A stretch of DNA of 64,000 bases from Endomicrobiia bacterium (GTDB lineage Bacteria > Elusimicrobiota > Endomicrobiia > DTEH01). Made by a program: the position numbers and the translations under genes. Under the pieces are notes generated by a model. That model had not been told where the DNA came from and searched no databases. It worked only from the letters and a program-made list of their open reading frames with translations. Positions 38,102-46,791 of the stretch are shown here, one piece after another. The stretch lies in the NCBI GenBank assembly GCA_039630545.1, contig JBCNUU010000003.1, forward strand, positions 99,250-163,249, read 5' to 3'. Positions within the stretch are counted from its first letter, which is position 1. Each line of letters begins with the position of its first letter.

Positions 38102-39481
38102 TTAATCTAGGAAATTTTTAAGTTCTTCTAAGTAGTTTTCGTAACCTTTTCTTCCTAATAATGCATATGTATAGTTTTTCCCTAAAACAACACCTGGTTG
38201 GTTAAAAGCATTAATGTTGAATAGTTCTCCTGCATAAGCTGTTGCTAACTCTAACATATAAATCAACTCTCCTATAGATTCTTCATCAATTTTTGGCAAA
38301 AGGATTGTCATATTGGGTCTTTGTGCTTGAGTAAGGGAAGCTACGGTTGCCTTTTCTTCTGCTTTAAATAGTTCGTTAAGTGTATGGTTGGATAGATAGT
38401 GTTCCTGTGGAAATTTTGGAATTTTTACTTCATAGGTAAACTTTTCTACTGAGAGGAAAACGATTATTTTATCATTTGGTCCCTCTCTGTAAAGCTGTAG
38501 CTGGGAATGCTGGTCTGTTACACCTAGAGCTTTAATTGGTGTAGGACCTATATTTACTATTTTACCATTATTATCTTTTTCTTTTCCTAAACTTTCAGCC
38601 CATAGTTGTCTAAACCAGTCTGCAAACCCATATAATCTGTCTGAATAAGAAAACATGACACATATGTGTTTACCTTTTTGATATAGTAGATAGTTTATCA
38701 GTGCAAACATAAATGCAGGATTATTAAACATTTCATTTTCATTAGTTTCCTTACATATTTTGCAGTTTTCAGCCATGTTTTTTGCGCCGGTTAAAAGTTT
38801 TTTTATGTTTATACCGGTAGCTGCTGCCGAGACAAGTCCTACAGGAGATAAGACAGAAAACCTACCTCCTACATTTTCAGGAATTGTGAAATCAAATTGA
38901 GAGTATCCTTTATTTACAAGTTCTCTTAAAAAACCAGTTTTTGGTCCGGTTGTTATTATTATATGCTTTTTTGCTTTGTCTTTACCAACTTTCTTAACAA
39001 GTTCGTTGTAAAATACAAAAAATGTAGCAAGAGTTTCTGCTGTATCACCTGCTTTTGAAATTACATTTATCAGTGTCTTTTTGATGTCAATGTGGTTTAT
39101 TAAACTTTTTGCCGTATCAGGATCAACATTGTCAAACACATAAAGTTTTAAGTAACCTTTTCTTTGCCTTTTAGACAGAGAATTCCAAAATTTATCTCTT
39201 AAAGCAGTCTGGAGGGCTATATTTCCTAACGCAGAACCCCCTATGCCTAAAACTAAAAGTGTGTCAAAATTATTTTTTAGTTGTTTTATCATTTTTAGAA
39301 TTTTATCGACCTCAAAGTTCTCATAAGGTAATGTTGCCCATCCAAGCATATTTGATTTATCTTTTATTTTTTGGTTTAAATTATTATGAACCTCAACAAA
39401 TTTTTTCTGATATTGCAGTAATTCCTTTTCACTTAGACCTTCTTTAACTTTTAAGATATTCTTGTAGTTTAAAGATATCAT
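38102..39481 (-). CDS. pgi: glucose-6-phosphate isomerase
   Basis: GGRFSVLSPVGL and the C-terminal PGI signature region. Start moved to the ATG at 39481 (MISLNY...), preceded by AAGGAGGG. Confidence 0.85.
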   Translation of the reverse strand: MISLNYKNILKVKEGLSEKELLQYQKKFVEVHNNLNQKIKDKSNMLGWATLPYENFEVDKILKMIKQLKNNFDTLLVLGIGGSALGNIALQTALRDKFWNSLSKRQRKGYLKLYVFDNVDPDTAKSLINHIDIKKTLINVISKAGDTAETLATFFVFYNELVKKVGKDKAKKHIIITTGPKTGFLRELVNKGYSQFDFTIPENVGGRFSVLSPVGLVSAAATGINIKKLLTGAKNMAENCKICKETNENEMFNNPAFMFALINYLLYQKGKHICVMFSYSDRLYGFADWFRQLWAESLGKEKDNNGKIVNIGPTPIKALGVTDQHSQLQLYREGPNDKIIVFLSVEKFTYEVKIPKFPQEHYLSNHTLNELFKAEEKATVASLTQAQRPNMTILLPKIDEESIGELIYMLELATAYAGELFNINAFNQPGVVLGKNYTYALLGRKGYENYLEELKNFLD

Positions 39482-39703
39482 CTTACCCTCCTTATTGTTT
39501 GCAATTTTTTTGATATCAACCTTACATTTACAATTTTTTATTTTGTTTTCCAATAGGTTGGAAATTGTAAGTATTCGTCTTTTTTATTTGGGTTTTTAAA
39601 ACTCATTTCTAAAATATAAGAGTTATGTAATCCAACACATCTAAAATGAAAGGTTGTTGAAATTTAAATTATAAGGTCAAAAGCTGAAATTTATATTAAA
39701 CTG

Positions 39704-40843
39704 TTATTTTCTCCATACACCTGCGATTTTATAACCACAATATTTACATTTACCCTCCTTTATACTGTTTTCTAAAACTTCAAAATGTATTCTGTAAATT
39801 AGGATTTTATTGCAGTTAGGACAATAAGTAGAGTTATATTTATGTCCAGGAACATTACCAATATAGACATATTTGAGTCCAACCTCTTTTGCAATTTTAT
39901 AACAACTTTCTAAAGTCTTAACAGGTGTTGCTGGAAGATGTGTGGTTTTGTAGGTAGGAAAAAATCTTGTAAAATGTAAAGGAACATCGTCTGATAAATT
40001 TTCTTTTATCCATAAGCACATCTTTCTAACATCTTTTGGGTTATCATTTAGTGTAGGAATTACTAAATTTACAATCTCCAGCCATATATTTTTATGTTCT
40101 TTTATTATTTTTAATGAATTAAGAACAGGTTGTAGTTTTGCTAAAGATTGATTTTTATAAAACTCTTCAGTAAAACCTTTAAGATCCACCGTAACCGCGT
40201 CTGTAAATTTTAACATTTCTTTAAGTGCTGAAGGATTGATTGAGGCATTTGTATGCCATATGATTTTTATTTTTTCTTTTTTTGCTATCTTTGCTATTTC
40301 ATACATATATTCATAAAACGCAATTGGGTCATTATATGTAAAAGATATAGAGGGAATGTTGTATCTCTTTGCAAGTTTTACTGCTTCCTGAGGAGTTAGA
40401 AAATAATGTGTTATTTCTTCAAGTTGTTTCTGGGAGAGATGCCAGTTATGGCAATGTTTACATTTAAAGTTACAACCTGCTGTGCCAAAACAAAGAATTT
40501 CTGTTGATGGTAAAAAGTGATACACAGGTTCTTTCTCTATAGGGTCAACTGCTACAGCAGACGGTTTTGAATATACTATGTTGTACAGAGTACCGTTTTT
40601 ATTTTCTCTATTAAAACACATACCACGTTTGCCTGAAGGAATAATACATTCTCTAAAACATAAAAGACATTTAACAGAATTCTTGTTTGCTTTTTGATAA
40701 AACATGGCTTCTTTTTGAGGAATGATTAAAGTTGAGGTTGCTGCTTCGTGTTGAAAAAGTATATTTTTTAAAAAAATAACCATAAAGAGTATTATGAGTT
40801 TAAATCCTTTCAAGGTTTTATATTTTATATAATTCACCGACAA
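39704..40843 (-). CDS. AmmeMemoRadiSam-type radical SAM enzyme (PFL-activase-like) with N-terminal hydrophobic extension
   Basis: VKCLLCFRECIIPSGKRGMCFNRENKNGTLY N-terminal Cys cluster and CNFKCKHC (Cx3Cx2C) radical SAM motif. TTG start at 40843; alternative ATG at 40705. Confidence 0.6.
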   Translation of the reverse strand: MSVNYIKYKTLKGFKLIILFMVIFLKNILFQHEAATSTLIIPQKEAMFYQKANKNSVKCLLCFRECIIPSGKRGMCFNRENKNGTLYNIVYSKPSAVAVDPIEKEPVYHFLPSTEILCFGTAGCNFKCKHCHNWHLSQKQLEEITHYFLTPQEAVKLAKRYNIPSISFTYNDPIAFYEYMYEIAKIAKKEKIKIIWHTNASINPSALKEMLKFTDAVTVDLKGFTEEFYKNQSLAKLQPVLNSLKIIKEHKNIWLEIVNLVIPTLNDNPKDVRKMCLWIKENLSDDVPLHFTRFFPTYKTTHLPATPVKTLESCYKIAKEVGLKYVYIGNVPGHKYNSTYCPNCNKILIYRIHFEVLENSIKEGKCKYCGYKIAGVWRK

Positions 40844-41708
40844 TAAAAGTTTTTATTGTGTTATAGTGAAGTTCTACTGTGTCATTAATGTCAAATGCAT
40901 ATCCTCCACCTAAAGTGACAACTACTGGAGTGTCTTTAAAAAATTTTTTTACGAGCTCATCTCTTTTTTTTATTCCTTCTTTTGTAATTTTAAGTCCACC
41001 TAGTTGATCATTTTCATAAATATCAACTCCTGCCTGATAAAACACTACTTCAGCAGAAAAATTTTTTACTTTTTTAAGGCCTTCTTCTAGCAAAGATAAA
41101 TACTTTTCATCAGTAGTGCCTGCGTATACTTCAATATCAAGTGTGCTTTTCTCTTTTGGTTCAGGATAAATTTCTTTTTGATGGATTGAAAATGTGAACA
41201 CATCTTTATCGTCCTGAAAAATTTTTGCTGTACCGTTTCCTTGATGTACATCACAATCAACAACTGCTACTTTTTTGATTTTATAGGTTTTTTTAAGATA
41301 TTTTATAGCAACCGCGATATCGTTAAACACACAGAATCCTTCTCCATGTTCAGGATATGCATGGTGATAACCACCACCTATGTGGATGCCAACTTTCTGT
41401 TGTAGAGCAATTTCAGCTGCTAAAATAGTTCCAGCTACACTTATTAATGATGCCTCAACTATTTGAGGTGTTAATGGGATTTCTAATTTCAAAATTTCTT
41501 CGTAAGAAAGTTTGAGATTGAGAACTTTTTCTACATAACTTCTGGTATGGACCTCATAGAGATATTCTAAGACTACTTTTTGAGGCTCCACGAAGACTAA
41601 GCCTAAGAAAGTTTGTTCTAATTTTTGTTTTATTAAACGATATATTTTTGTAGAAAAAGGATGAACTCCTAAGTCTACCTCATATTTAGGAGAGTATACT
41701 ATTTTCAT
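40818..41708 (-). CDS. histone-deacetylase-superfamily amidohydrolase (AcuC / acetylpolyamine amidohydrolase-like)
   Basis: HIGGGYHHAYPEHGEGFCVFNDIAVA and VAVVDCDVHQGNGT are the metal-binding and catalytic motifs of the arginase/deacetylase fold. Confidence 0.75.
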   Translation of the reverse strand: MKIVYSPKYEVDLGVHPFSTKIYRLIKQKLEQTFLGLVFVEPQKVVLEYLYEVHTRSYVEKVLNLKLSYEEILKLEIPLTPQIVEASLISVAGTILAAEIALQQKVGIHIGGGYHHAYPEHGEGFCVFNDIAVAIKYLKKTYKIKKVAVVDCDVHQGNGTAKIFQDDKDVFTFSIHQKEIYPEPKEKSTLDIEVYAGTTDEKYLSLLEEGLKKVKNFSAEVVFYQAGVDIYENDQLGGLKITKEGIKKRDELVKKFFKDTPVVVTLGGGYAFDINDTVELHYNTIKTFIVGELYKI

Positions 41709-42804
41709 TATCTAAAAAATTTGATAGTTTTTTTAGAATATAAAATTTTTGTTTGTCATCTATTTTTGATTTTTCTACTAAACAGGTGAATAAACTCAAT
41801 GTTTCATCGTAATGTTTTTTGTCTATAGGATAAGGGTGTCCGTCTTTTCCACCAAAAGCAAATGAAAATCTTGCTGGATCCTGAGTGGAGACAGGATATC
41901 CATATATTACCTCAGATATTAAACCTAAAGCTCTCAAAGTTTTAGCTCCAACTCCTTCTACTGATATTAGATTTTTGAATGTGGTAATCTCTGTATCTTT
42001 AATTTTTGTAAATATTTTATAAAGTTTTTTGTAATCAAAATCTTCAGTTTTTATGTAATGCCTTTGAGGCAAAAATAAATCAGGTTGAGATTTTGAATTG
42101 ACGATTTTTTGCAATTCTTTTATGATGTTTTCGGGTTTTTGTAAAGTTGTATATTCAAGTATGCTGTTTTGGAGTGGTTCTGCATCTTTATTTACAAAAT
42201 TTAAAATTTTAGCTTCTTTTTTATCAGAAATAATTCCTGTGTGAGGAGAAATAATAAACTTTTCAGAGCCAGTTGTTGTGATTTTGTTAAACCAGTGGTA
42301 TCTTCTTGCGTATCCTGTGTTTGTGTTCATTCCCTGTTGAATCACACACCAGTTGCCATGTTTGTCTACAAAAATTGTATGATGATAAAGTTGATATCCA
42401 TCTTGAATACAACAGTTGTCTACCTTTGCTGTTAGTTTTGATAAAGCGATGAAAATTTCATTTTCAGATAAGTGTTTGCATTGCATGATTTCTTTTGGAG
42501 TATTTATTGCTGTTTTGCCTTTCCCCCCAAATATATATATACCATATTCAGGATAAGCTCTAAAAGCCTCTTTTATAGCAGCAGTTACTGTAGTTGTGAC
42601 ACCACTTGAATGCCAGTCAAATCCAGATATACATCCTAGAACTTGAAACCATACAGGATCAGAAAGTCGTTTGAGTAATTCTTGGCTACCATACTCTGTT
42701 ATTACTACCTTACAAATCTCAAATAAAAGTTTTTTTTGTCTTTCAAATAGCCATCTAGGAGCTTTTCCTGTGTGTAGGGGTAGATCAGCAGTTTTATATT
42801 TCAT
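41686..42804 (-). CDS. conserved hypothetical protein, DUF763-like (family assignment from memory), with C-terminal helix-hairpin-helix motif
   Basis: 372 aa. LHTGKAPRWLFERQ N-terminal conserved block. VEGVGAKTLRALGLISEVIYG is a canonical HhH (GIGxKTA) DNA-binding motif. Confidence 0.45.
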   Translation of the reverse strand: MKYKTADLPLHTGKAPRWLFERQKKLLFEICKVVITEYGSQELLKRLSDPVWFQVLGCISGFDWHSSGVTTTVTAAIKEAFRAYPEYGIYIFGGKGKTAINTPKEIMQCKHLSENEIFIALSKLTAKVDNCCIQDGYQLYHHTIFVDKHGNWCVIQQGMNTNTGYARRYHWFNKITTTGSEKFIISPHTGIISDKKEAKILNFVNKDAEPLQNSILEYTTLQKPENIIKELQKIVNSKSQPDLFLPQRHYIKTEDFDYKKLYKIFTKIKDTEITTFKNLISVEGVGAKTLRALGLISEVIYGYPVSTQDPARFSFAFGGKDGHPYPIDKKHYDETLSLFTCLVEKSKIDDKQKFYILKKLSNFLDNENSILS

Positions 42805-43762
42805 CTGTTAGAGTTGATATTTGTGGTAAAGTTTTTATTTTTAAATTACAGTCATCCCATATATAGTCAAATTCAAATGATAGAAATACTTTTTTAATAA
42901 ATTCTTTGCTTAAATTTTCTATAAAATTTATAAGGCTTCTGTAAATAGTTACTCTTATAGGTCTTGAATATCTAAATTTGCCGTCACTACACAAAATCAT
43001 TTCTGGAAAACACAGTTTGCTTTTTTTTTCTTTTAAAAATTTAAACTGTGTTTTTGTTAATCTTAATGTTGAAATAGATATAGAATGAAGATTTTTGGCT
43101 TCTATAGATGCTAATGCTTGAGCTATTATTTTTTTATATTCTTCAATAGTATTAAAAACTGACTCTACAAGAGTTTGATATGTTATGTCAAAGACTGGAT
43201 AAATAATAATGGGTTCTAATCTTAAACCTATAAGAAATCCAATTTTTTGAGCATACCATAAAGCTCTTATTCTTTCTTCTAAATTTAAAGTTTTATCTTC
43301 AAAGTTATTAATTATTATTTTTGGGGATAAGGTTACACCATATACGATTTTTATGTTATCATATAAAATTTCCTTGTTTTGCAATTCAAATATATTTGCA
43401 GTTTTTGTTCTTAATTCAACAAAACATTTTTTAGAATAAAACTTTGCTTTTTGAGAAATTATTAAACAGCATTTACTGAAAACTTCGATGTGTTTTTTAG
43501 TTAAAAAAGAGTCTGTAGTTTCTCCGAAGTTGAAATAGAAAACTTTCTTATTGGAATTTTTAAATAATTCTTCTGTTTCTGTTGCAAAATTTTCTATGTT
43601 CTCATAAATAACAGGTTTTGTTGAAATTTTTGAAAATTTCAAGTAACAGTACTCACAGTTAAAATTGCAGGTCTCCGCAAAAGATACAACAAACTCCTCT
43701 AAATCTATGACGTTTTTACCGTATAGATATTTTGAAATAAAACCTTTTTTTCTTAAATGCAT
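42794..43762 (-). CDS. radical SAM protein, spore-photoproduct-lyase-like (SplB / COG1533 'DNA repair photolyase' family)
   Basis: AETCNFNCEYCYL radical SAM cluster motif, in the arrangement seen in SPL-family enzymes. 322 aa. Confidence 0.6.
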   Translation of the reverse strand: MHLRKKGFISKYLYGKNVIDLEEFVVSFAETCNFNCEYCYLKFSKISTKPVIYENIENFATETEELFKNSNKKVFYFNFGETTDSFLTKKHIEVFSKCCLIISQKAKFYSKKCFVELRTKTANIFELQNKEILYDNIKIVYGVTLSPKIIINNFEDKTLNLEERIRALWYAQKIGFLIGLRLEPIIIYPVFDITYQTLVESVFNTIEEYKKIIAQALASIEAKNLHSISISTLRLTKTQFKFLKEKKSKLCFPEMILCSDGKFRYSRPIRVTIYRSLINFIENLSKEFIKKVFLSFEFDYIWDDCNLKIKTLPQISTLTDEI

Positions 43763-43765
43763 AAT

Positions 43766-44119
43766 TTATAAAGTTGTAAGAATATTCTTTATCGTTGAGA
43801 GATGTTTATGGATGTTTCTTTTTTGTGTTATAACATGTTTTAAGTTTACTTCTAAATCAAATATTTTAAATTTTTTAAGTTGATTCAGTTTTTTTGAAGT
43901 TATTGGATATCGCAGCTGATAAGTTTTTCTAAAAAATAACTCGCCATTTTTTATTCTATCTTTTGAAGATAAAATAGAAGTTTCAAAGTTATATTTGAAG
44001 ATTTTATCAACTTCTTTTTTGAAAATAGAAAGTATTTCGTAGGTTTCTTTAATAAAAATCTTCTGCGAATGAGTAAGATGAAGTTTTTCTGAGTTAAAGA
44101 TTTCTGATAGGATGTTCAT
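43766..44119 (-). CDS. small hypothetical protein (118 aa)
   Basis: Start set to an ATG overlapping the permease stop (ATGA). Lys-rich, no motif recognised. Confidence 0.35.
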   Translation of the reverse strand: MNILSEIFNSEKLHLTHSQKIFIKETYEILSIFKKEVDKIFKYNFETSILSSKDRIKNGELFFRKTYQLRYPITSKKLNQLKKFKIFDLEVNLKHVITQKRNIHKHLSTIKNILTTL

Positions 44120-45492
44120 CTTAAAAATATGATTGAAAATATGAAAGAGATAACCATTGTTAAAATTCCTACAGGAAAACCTATCTTTAGCCATTGAAAG
44201 AAGTTAATTTTAATATTGTAGTTTTTTTCAAGAAGGCCTAAGGCAATAATATTTGCGGTAGAACCTATCATGGTGATATTTCCTCCGAAACAACCACCCC
44301 AGAGTATAATCCACCAGAAAGAGGAATTGTTAATGATTAATTTTTTAAGGCTGTTTACTATTGGGATATAAGAAGCTACAACAACTACATTGTCTAAAAC
44401 ACTGGATAGCAATCCTGAAGAGAAAAGTAACCAAAAAGAAAGAAAATTTTTGTTATTACTTATGCTTAAAATTTTCTGTGCGATTTTTTCTGCTATGCCA
44501 GAAGATTGTATAACTCCTGCCTGTGCAAAAAGGAATAAGAAAAATAACAGAGAATTCCATTCAACTTCTTTTTCAATATATTTTTTTGATTGTTCTTTAT
44601 TTATTATTAAAACCAGACCAGCCACTATTATAGGTAGTATAATTAGAATTGTGTTTTCCTCTAAGTTTAAAAACACTTCGATTCTTCTGTGAAAAGCAAT
44701 TAAAATAACAGTAATTAAAAAAATGATACTACTTATTCTGGCTTTTTTATTCATCGGTGTAGATATAAGACACATAAAAAATGTGTTTTCCAGATGAGGT
44801 TTAAGTTTTTCAGAAATTTCCTTTATATATTTTCTGTAAAACCAGGATAATATAACTACAGTTGTAACTAAACAGATAAGTGTGACGGGCATAGAGTTAA
44901 ATATAAAATCTTCAAAAGAAAGTTTTCCTCTTAATGCTATAAGCACTCCAATTGGATTTCCTAAAACAGTAGTGGCAGATCCTATATTTGTTGTAATTAT
45001 GCAGGATAAAAGAAGTGGAATTGGTGAAACTTCAAGAAAATTACATAAAGAAAAAATTATTGTTGAAACAAACATAATAGAGGTGACTTCATCCATTAAA
45101 CCAGAAAGAACATAAGATATAACTAATAACGAAACAAATACTTTTATTCCGTTTAGATTTTTTAGGCATAGTATTTTTGTAGTTATATAATAAAAAACGC
45201 CAGCTTCTTTCAACATTGCTAAAATAATCATCATACCAACTAAAAACCAGATTACATCAAGTGAAGCGTACTTTACAAAATGTTCTAAATCAGTCATGTG
45301 AAGAATAAGCATTATCCCACTTCCTATAAATACAAATCCTACTCTAAATTCCCAAAAAAACAATGTCCCTAAAATTGATAAAGAAAAAATGCTTAAAATT
45401 AAAGATTGCTGTAAAGAAAAGCTGAATAGATTATAGGAAAGAAAACCTACTAGTATAGATAAAAAAATCAAAAATAATATTTTTTCTTTCAT
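44116..45492 (-). CDS. anion permease of the ArsB/NhaD (ion-transporter superfamily) type
   Basis: About 12 TM helices with the duplicated-halves architecture of ArsB/NhaD/CitMHS permeases. Start set to MKEKILF at 45492, which is preceded by TATATAAT roughly 10 nt upstream (possible leaderless mRNA). Confidence 0.6.
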   Translation of the reverse strand: MKEKILFLIFLSILVGFLSYNLFSFSLQQSLILSIFSLSILGTLFFWEFRVGFVFIGSGIMLILHMTDLEHFVKYASLDVIWFLVGMMIILAMLKEAGVFYYITTKILCLKNLNGIKVFVSLLVISYVLSGLMDEVTSIMFVSTIIFSLCNFLEVSPIPLLLSCIITTNIGSATTVLGNPIGVLIALRGKLSFEDFIFNSMPVTLICLVTTVVILSWFYRKYIKEISEKLKPHLENTFFMCLISTPMNKKARISSIIFLITVILIAFHRRIEVFLNLEENTILIILPIIVAGLVLIINKEQSKKYIEKEVEWNSLLFFLFLFAQAGVIQSSGIAEKIAQKILSISNNKNFLSFWLLFSSGLLSSVLDNVVVVASYIPIVNSLKKLIINNSSFWWIILWGGCFGGNITMIGSTANIIALGLLEKNYNIKINFFQWLKIGFPVGILTMVISFIFSIIFLR

Positions 45493-45546
45493 TAAAGATT
45501 GAATTATATAAAAATTTATAATAAAATTCAACAAAATTTAAAAGTT

Positions 45547-45969
45547 ATGAATAAAACGAAGAAGATTTTAGCGTGGTTTTATGTTGTAAACTGGTGCGGA
45601 ATTATTTTTTTTCTTTCAAGTATTCCTGAATTGAAAATAGAAGAGCTTGGATTGTGGGATTTAATTTTAAGAAAAATAGCACATCTTATAGAATATTTAA
45701 TCTTATCAGTTTTGGTTTCCAATGCTCTGTTTGTCTCTTTTAATATGAAGTTTTTAAATTCGTGTCTTTTTAGTTTTGTTTTCAGTGTGATATATGCTAT
45801 ATCAGATGAAATACACCAATACTTTGTGCCTGGAAGACATTTTTCTTTATTGGATGTGTTTATAGACACAATGGGAATTATTTTTGGTATAATTTTATGG
45901 ATAAAGTTTTTAAGATATAGAATATATAAAAATCATATAAATCTTGAAAATAAAAATTTAGTTTTGTAA
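45547..45969 (+). CDS. VanZ-family membrane protein
   Basis: WCGIIFFLSSIP...LRKIAHLIEYLILS...ISDEIHQYFVPGR is the VanZ-like pattern. Confidence 0.6.
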   Translation: MNKTKKILAWFYVVNWCGIIFFLSSIPELKIEELGLWDLILRKIAHLIEYLILSVLVSNALFVSFNMKFLNSCLFSFVFSVIYAISDEIHQYFVPGRHFSLLDVFIDTMGIIFGIILWIKFLRYRIYKNHINLENKNLVL

Positions 45970-45995
45970 ATAGTTTTGTAAAATAACAAAACAAT

Positions 45996-46068
45996 TCCGC
46001 GGTAGCTCAATCGGTGGAGCGTCCGGCTGTTAACCGGATGGTTGCTGGTTCGAGTCCAGCCCGCGGAG
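45996..46068 (+). tRNA. tRNA-Asn (anticodon GUU), no encoded CCA
   Basis: TCCGCGGTAGCTCAATCGGTGGAGCGTCCGGCTGTTAACCGGATGGTTGCTGGTTCGAGTCCAGCCCGCGGAG. The anticodon loop is CT-GTT-AA and the T-loop is GGTTCGAGTCC. Confidence 0.9.
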
Positions 46069-46106
46069 TTTTTTATAAACAATTTCGGTAATTTGTGGAG
46101 GAAAAA

Positions 46107-46448
46107 ATGAATAGATATTATGAAACAGTTATAATATTTTCGCCCACCATAAAAGAAGAAAAAATGAAATCAGATATAGAAAGAGTAAAAAATATTATCG
46201 TCAATTGTGGAGGTAATGTTATAAAAGAAGAAAATTGGGGTAGAAAAAAACTTGCATATGAAATTAAAAAATTTGAAGAAGGTATTTATTATTTTATCTT
46301 TTGTGAAGTAGAAAAAACATCTTTCCCTGAAGAACTTAAGAAGTTCTTTGCTACTAACGAGAATGTGATTAGATATGGAATTAAAAAAATAGAAAAACCT
46401 AAAAAGAAATTAGAATCAAAAGATATAGAGGTATCCAGAGTAATTTAA
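46107..46448 (+). CDS. rpsF: 30S ribosomal protein S6
   Basis: MNRYYETVIIFSPT... S6 N-terminus. GGAGG RBS 7 nt upstream of the ATG at 46107. Confidence 0.85.
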   Translation: MNRYYETVIIFSPTIKEEKMKSDIERVKNIIVNCGGNVIKEENWGRKKLAYEIKKFEEGIYYFIFCEVEKTSFPEELKKFFATNENVIRYGIKKIEKPKKKLESKDIEVSRVI

Positions 46449-46453
46449 TTTGA

Positions 46454-46789
46454 ATGGTTAATGCTTTCAAGGAAGAAAATAAGGTTTATCTATCAGGAAG
46501 GTTAACTCAAGATACTTCATTAAAATATACCAAAACAAAAACTCCGGTTTTAAGATTTACAATAGCTGTTAATACATATATTAAAAATAAAAAAGAAACT
46601 CTTTTTATTCCAGTAGTAGCATATGGAGAATTAGCACTAGAAGTATCTTCTTTCGTAAAACAAGGGACTCCTGTGAGAATAGAAGGTCGTCTTGTAAATC
46701 GGATAGTAAAAATAAATAATGAAGAACATAAGTTTATAGAAGTAATAGCAAACAAAATAGAGGTTTATTCAAAACCAAAGGAGGAATAA
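46454..46789 (+). CDS. ssb: single-stranded DNA-binding protein (short form, no acidic DIPF tail)
   Basis: OB-fold SSB core (...[29 protein letters not shown]...PVVAYGELA...). It ends ...SKPKEE without the canonical C-terminal D-D-D-I-P-F. Confidence 0.75.
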   Translation: MVNAFKEENKVYLSGRLTQDTSLKYTKTKTPVLRFTIAVNTYIKNKKETLFIPVVAYGELALEVSSFVKQGTPVRIEGRLVNRIVKINNEEHKFIEVIANKIEVYSKPKEE

Positions 46790-46791
46790 AT

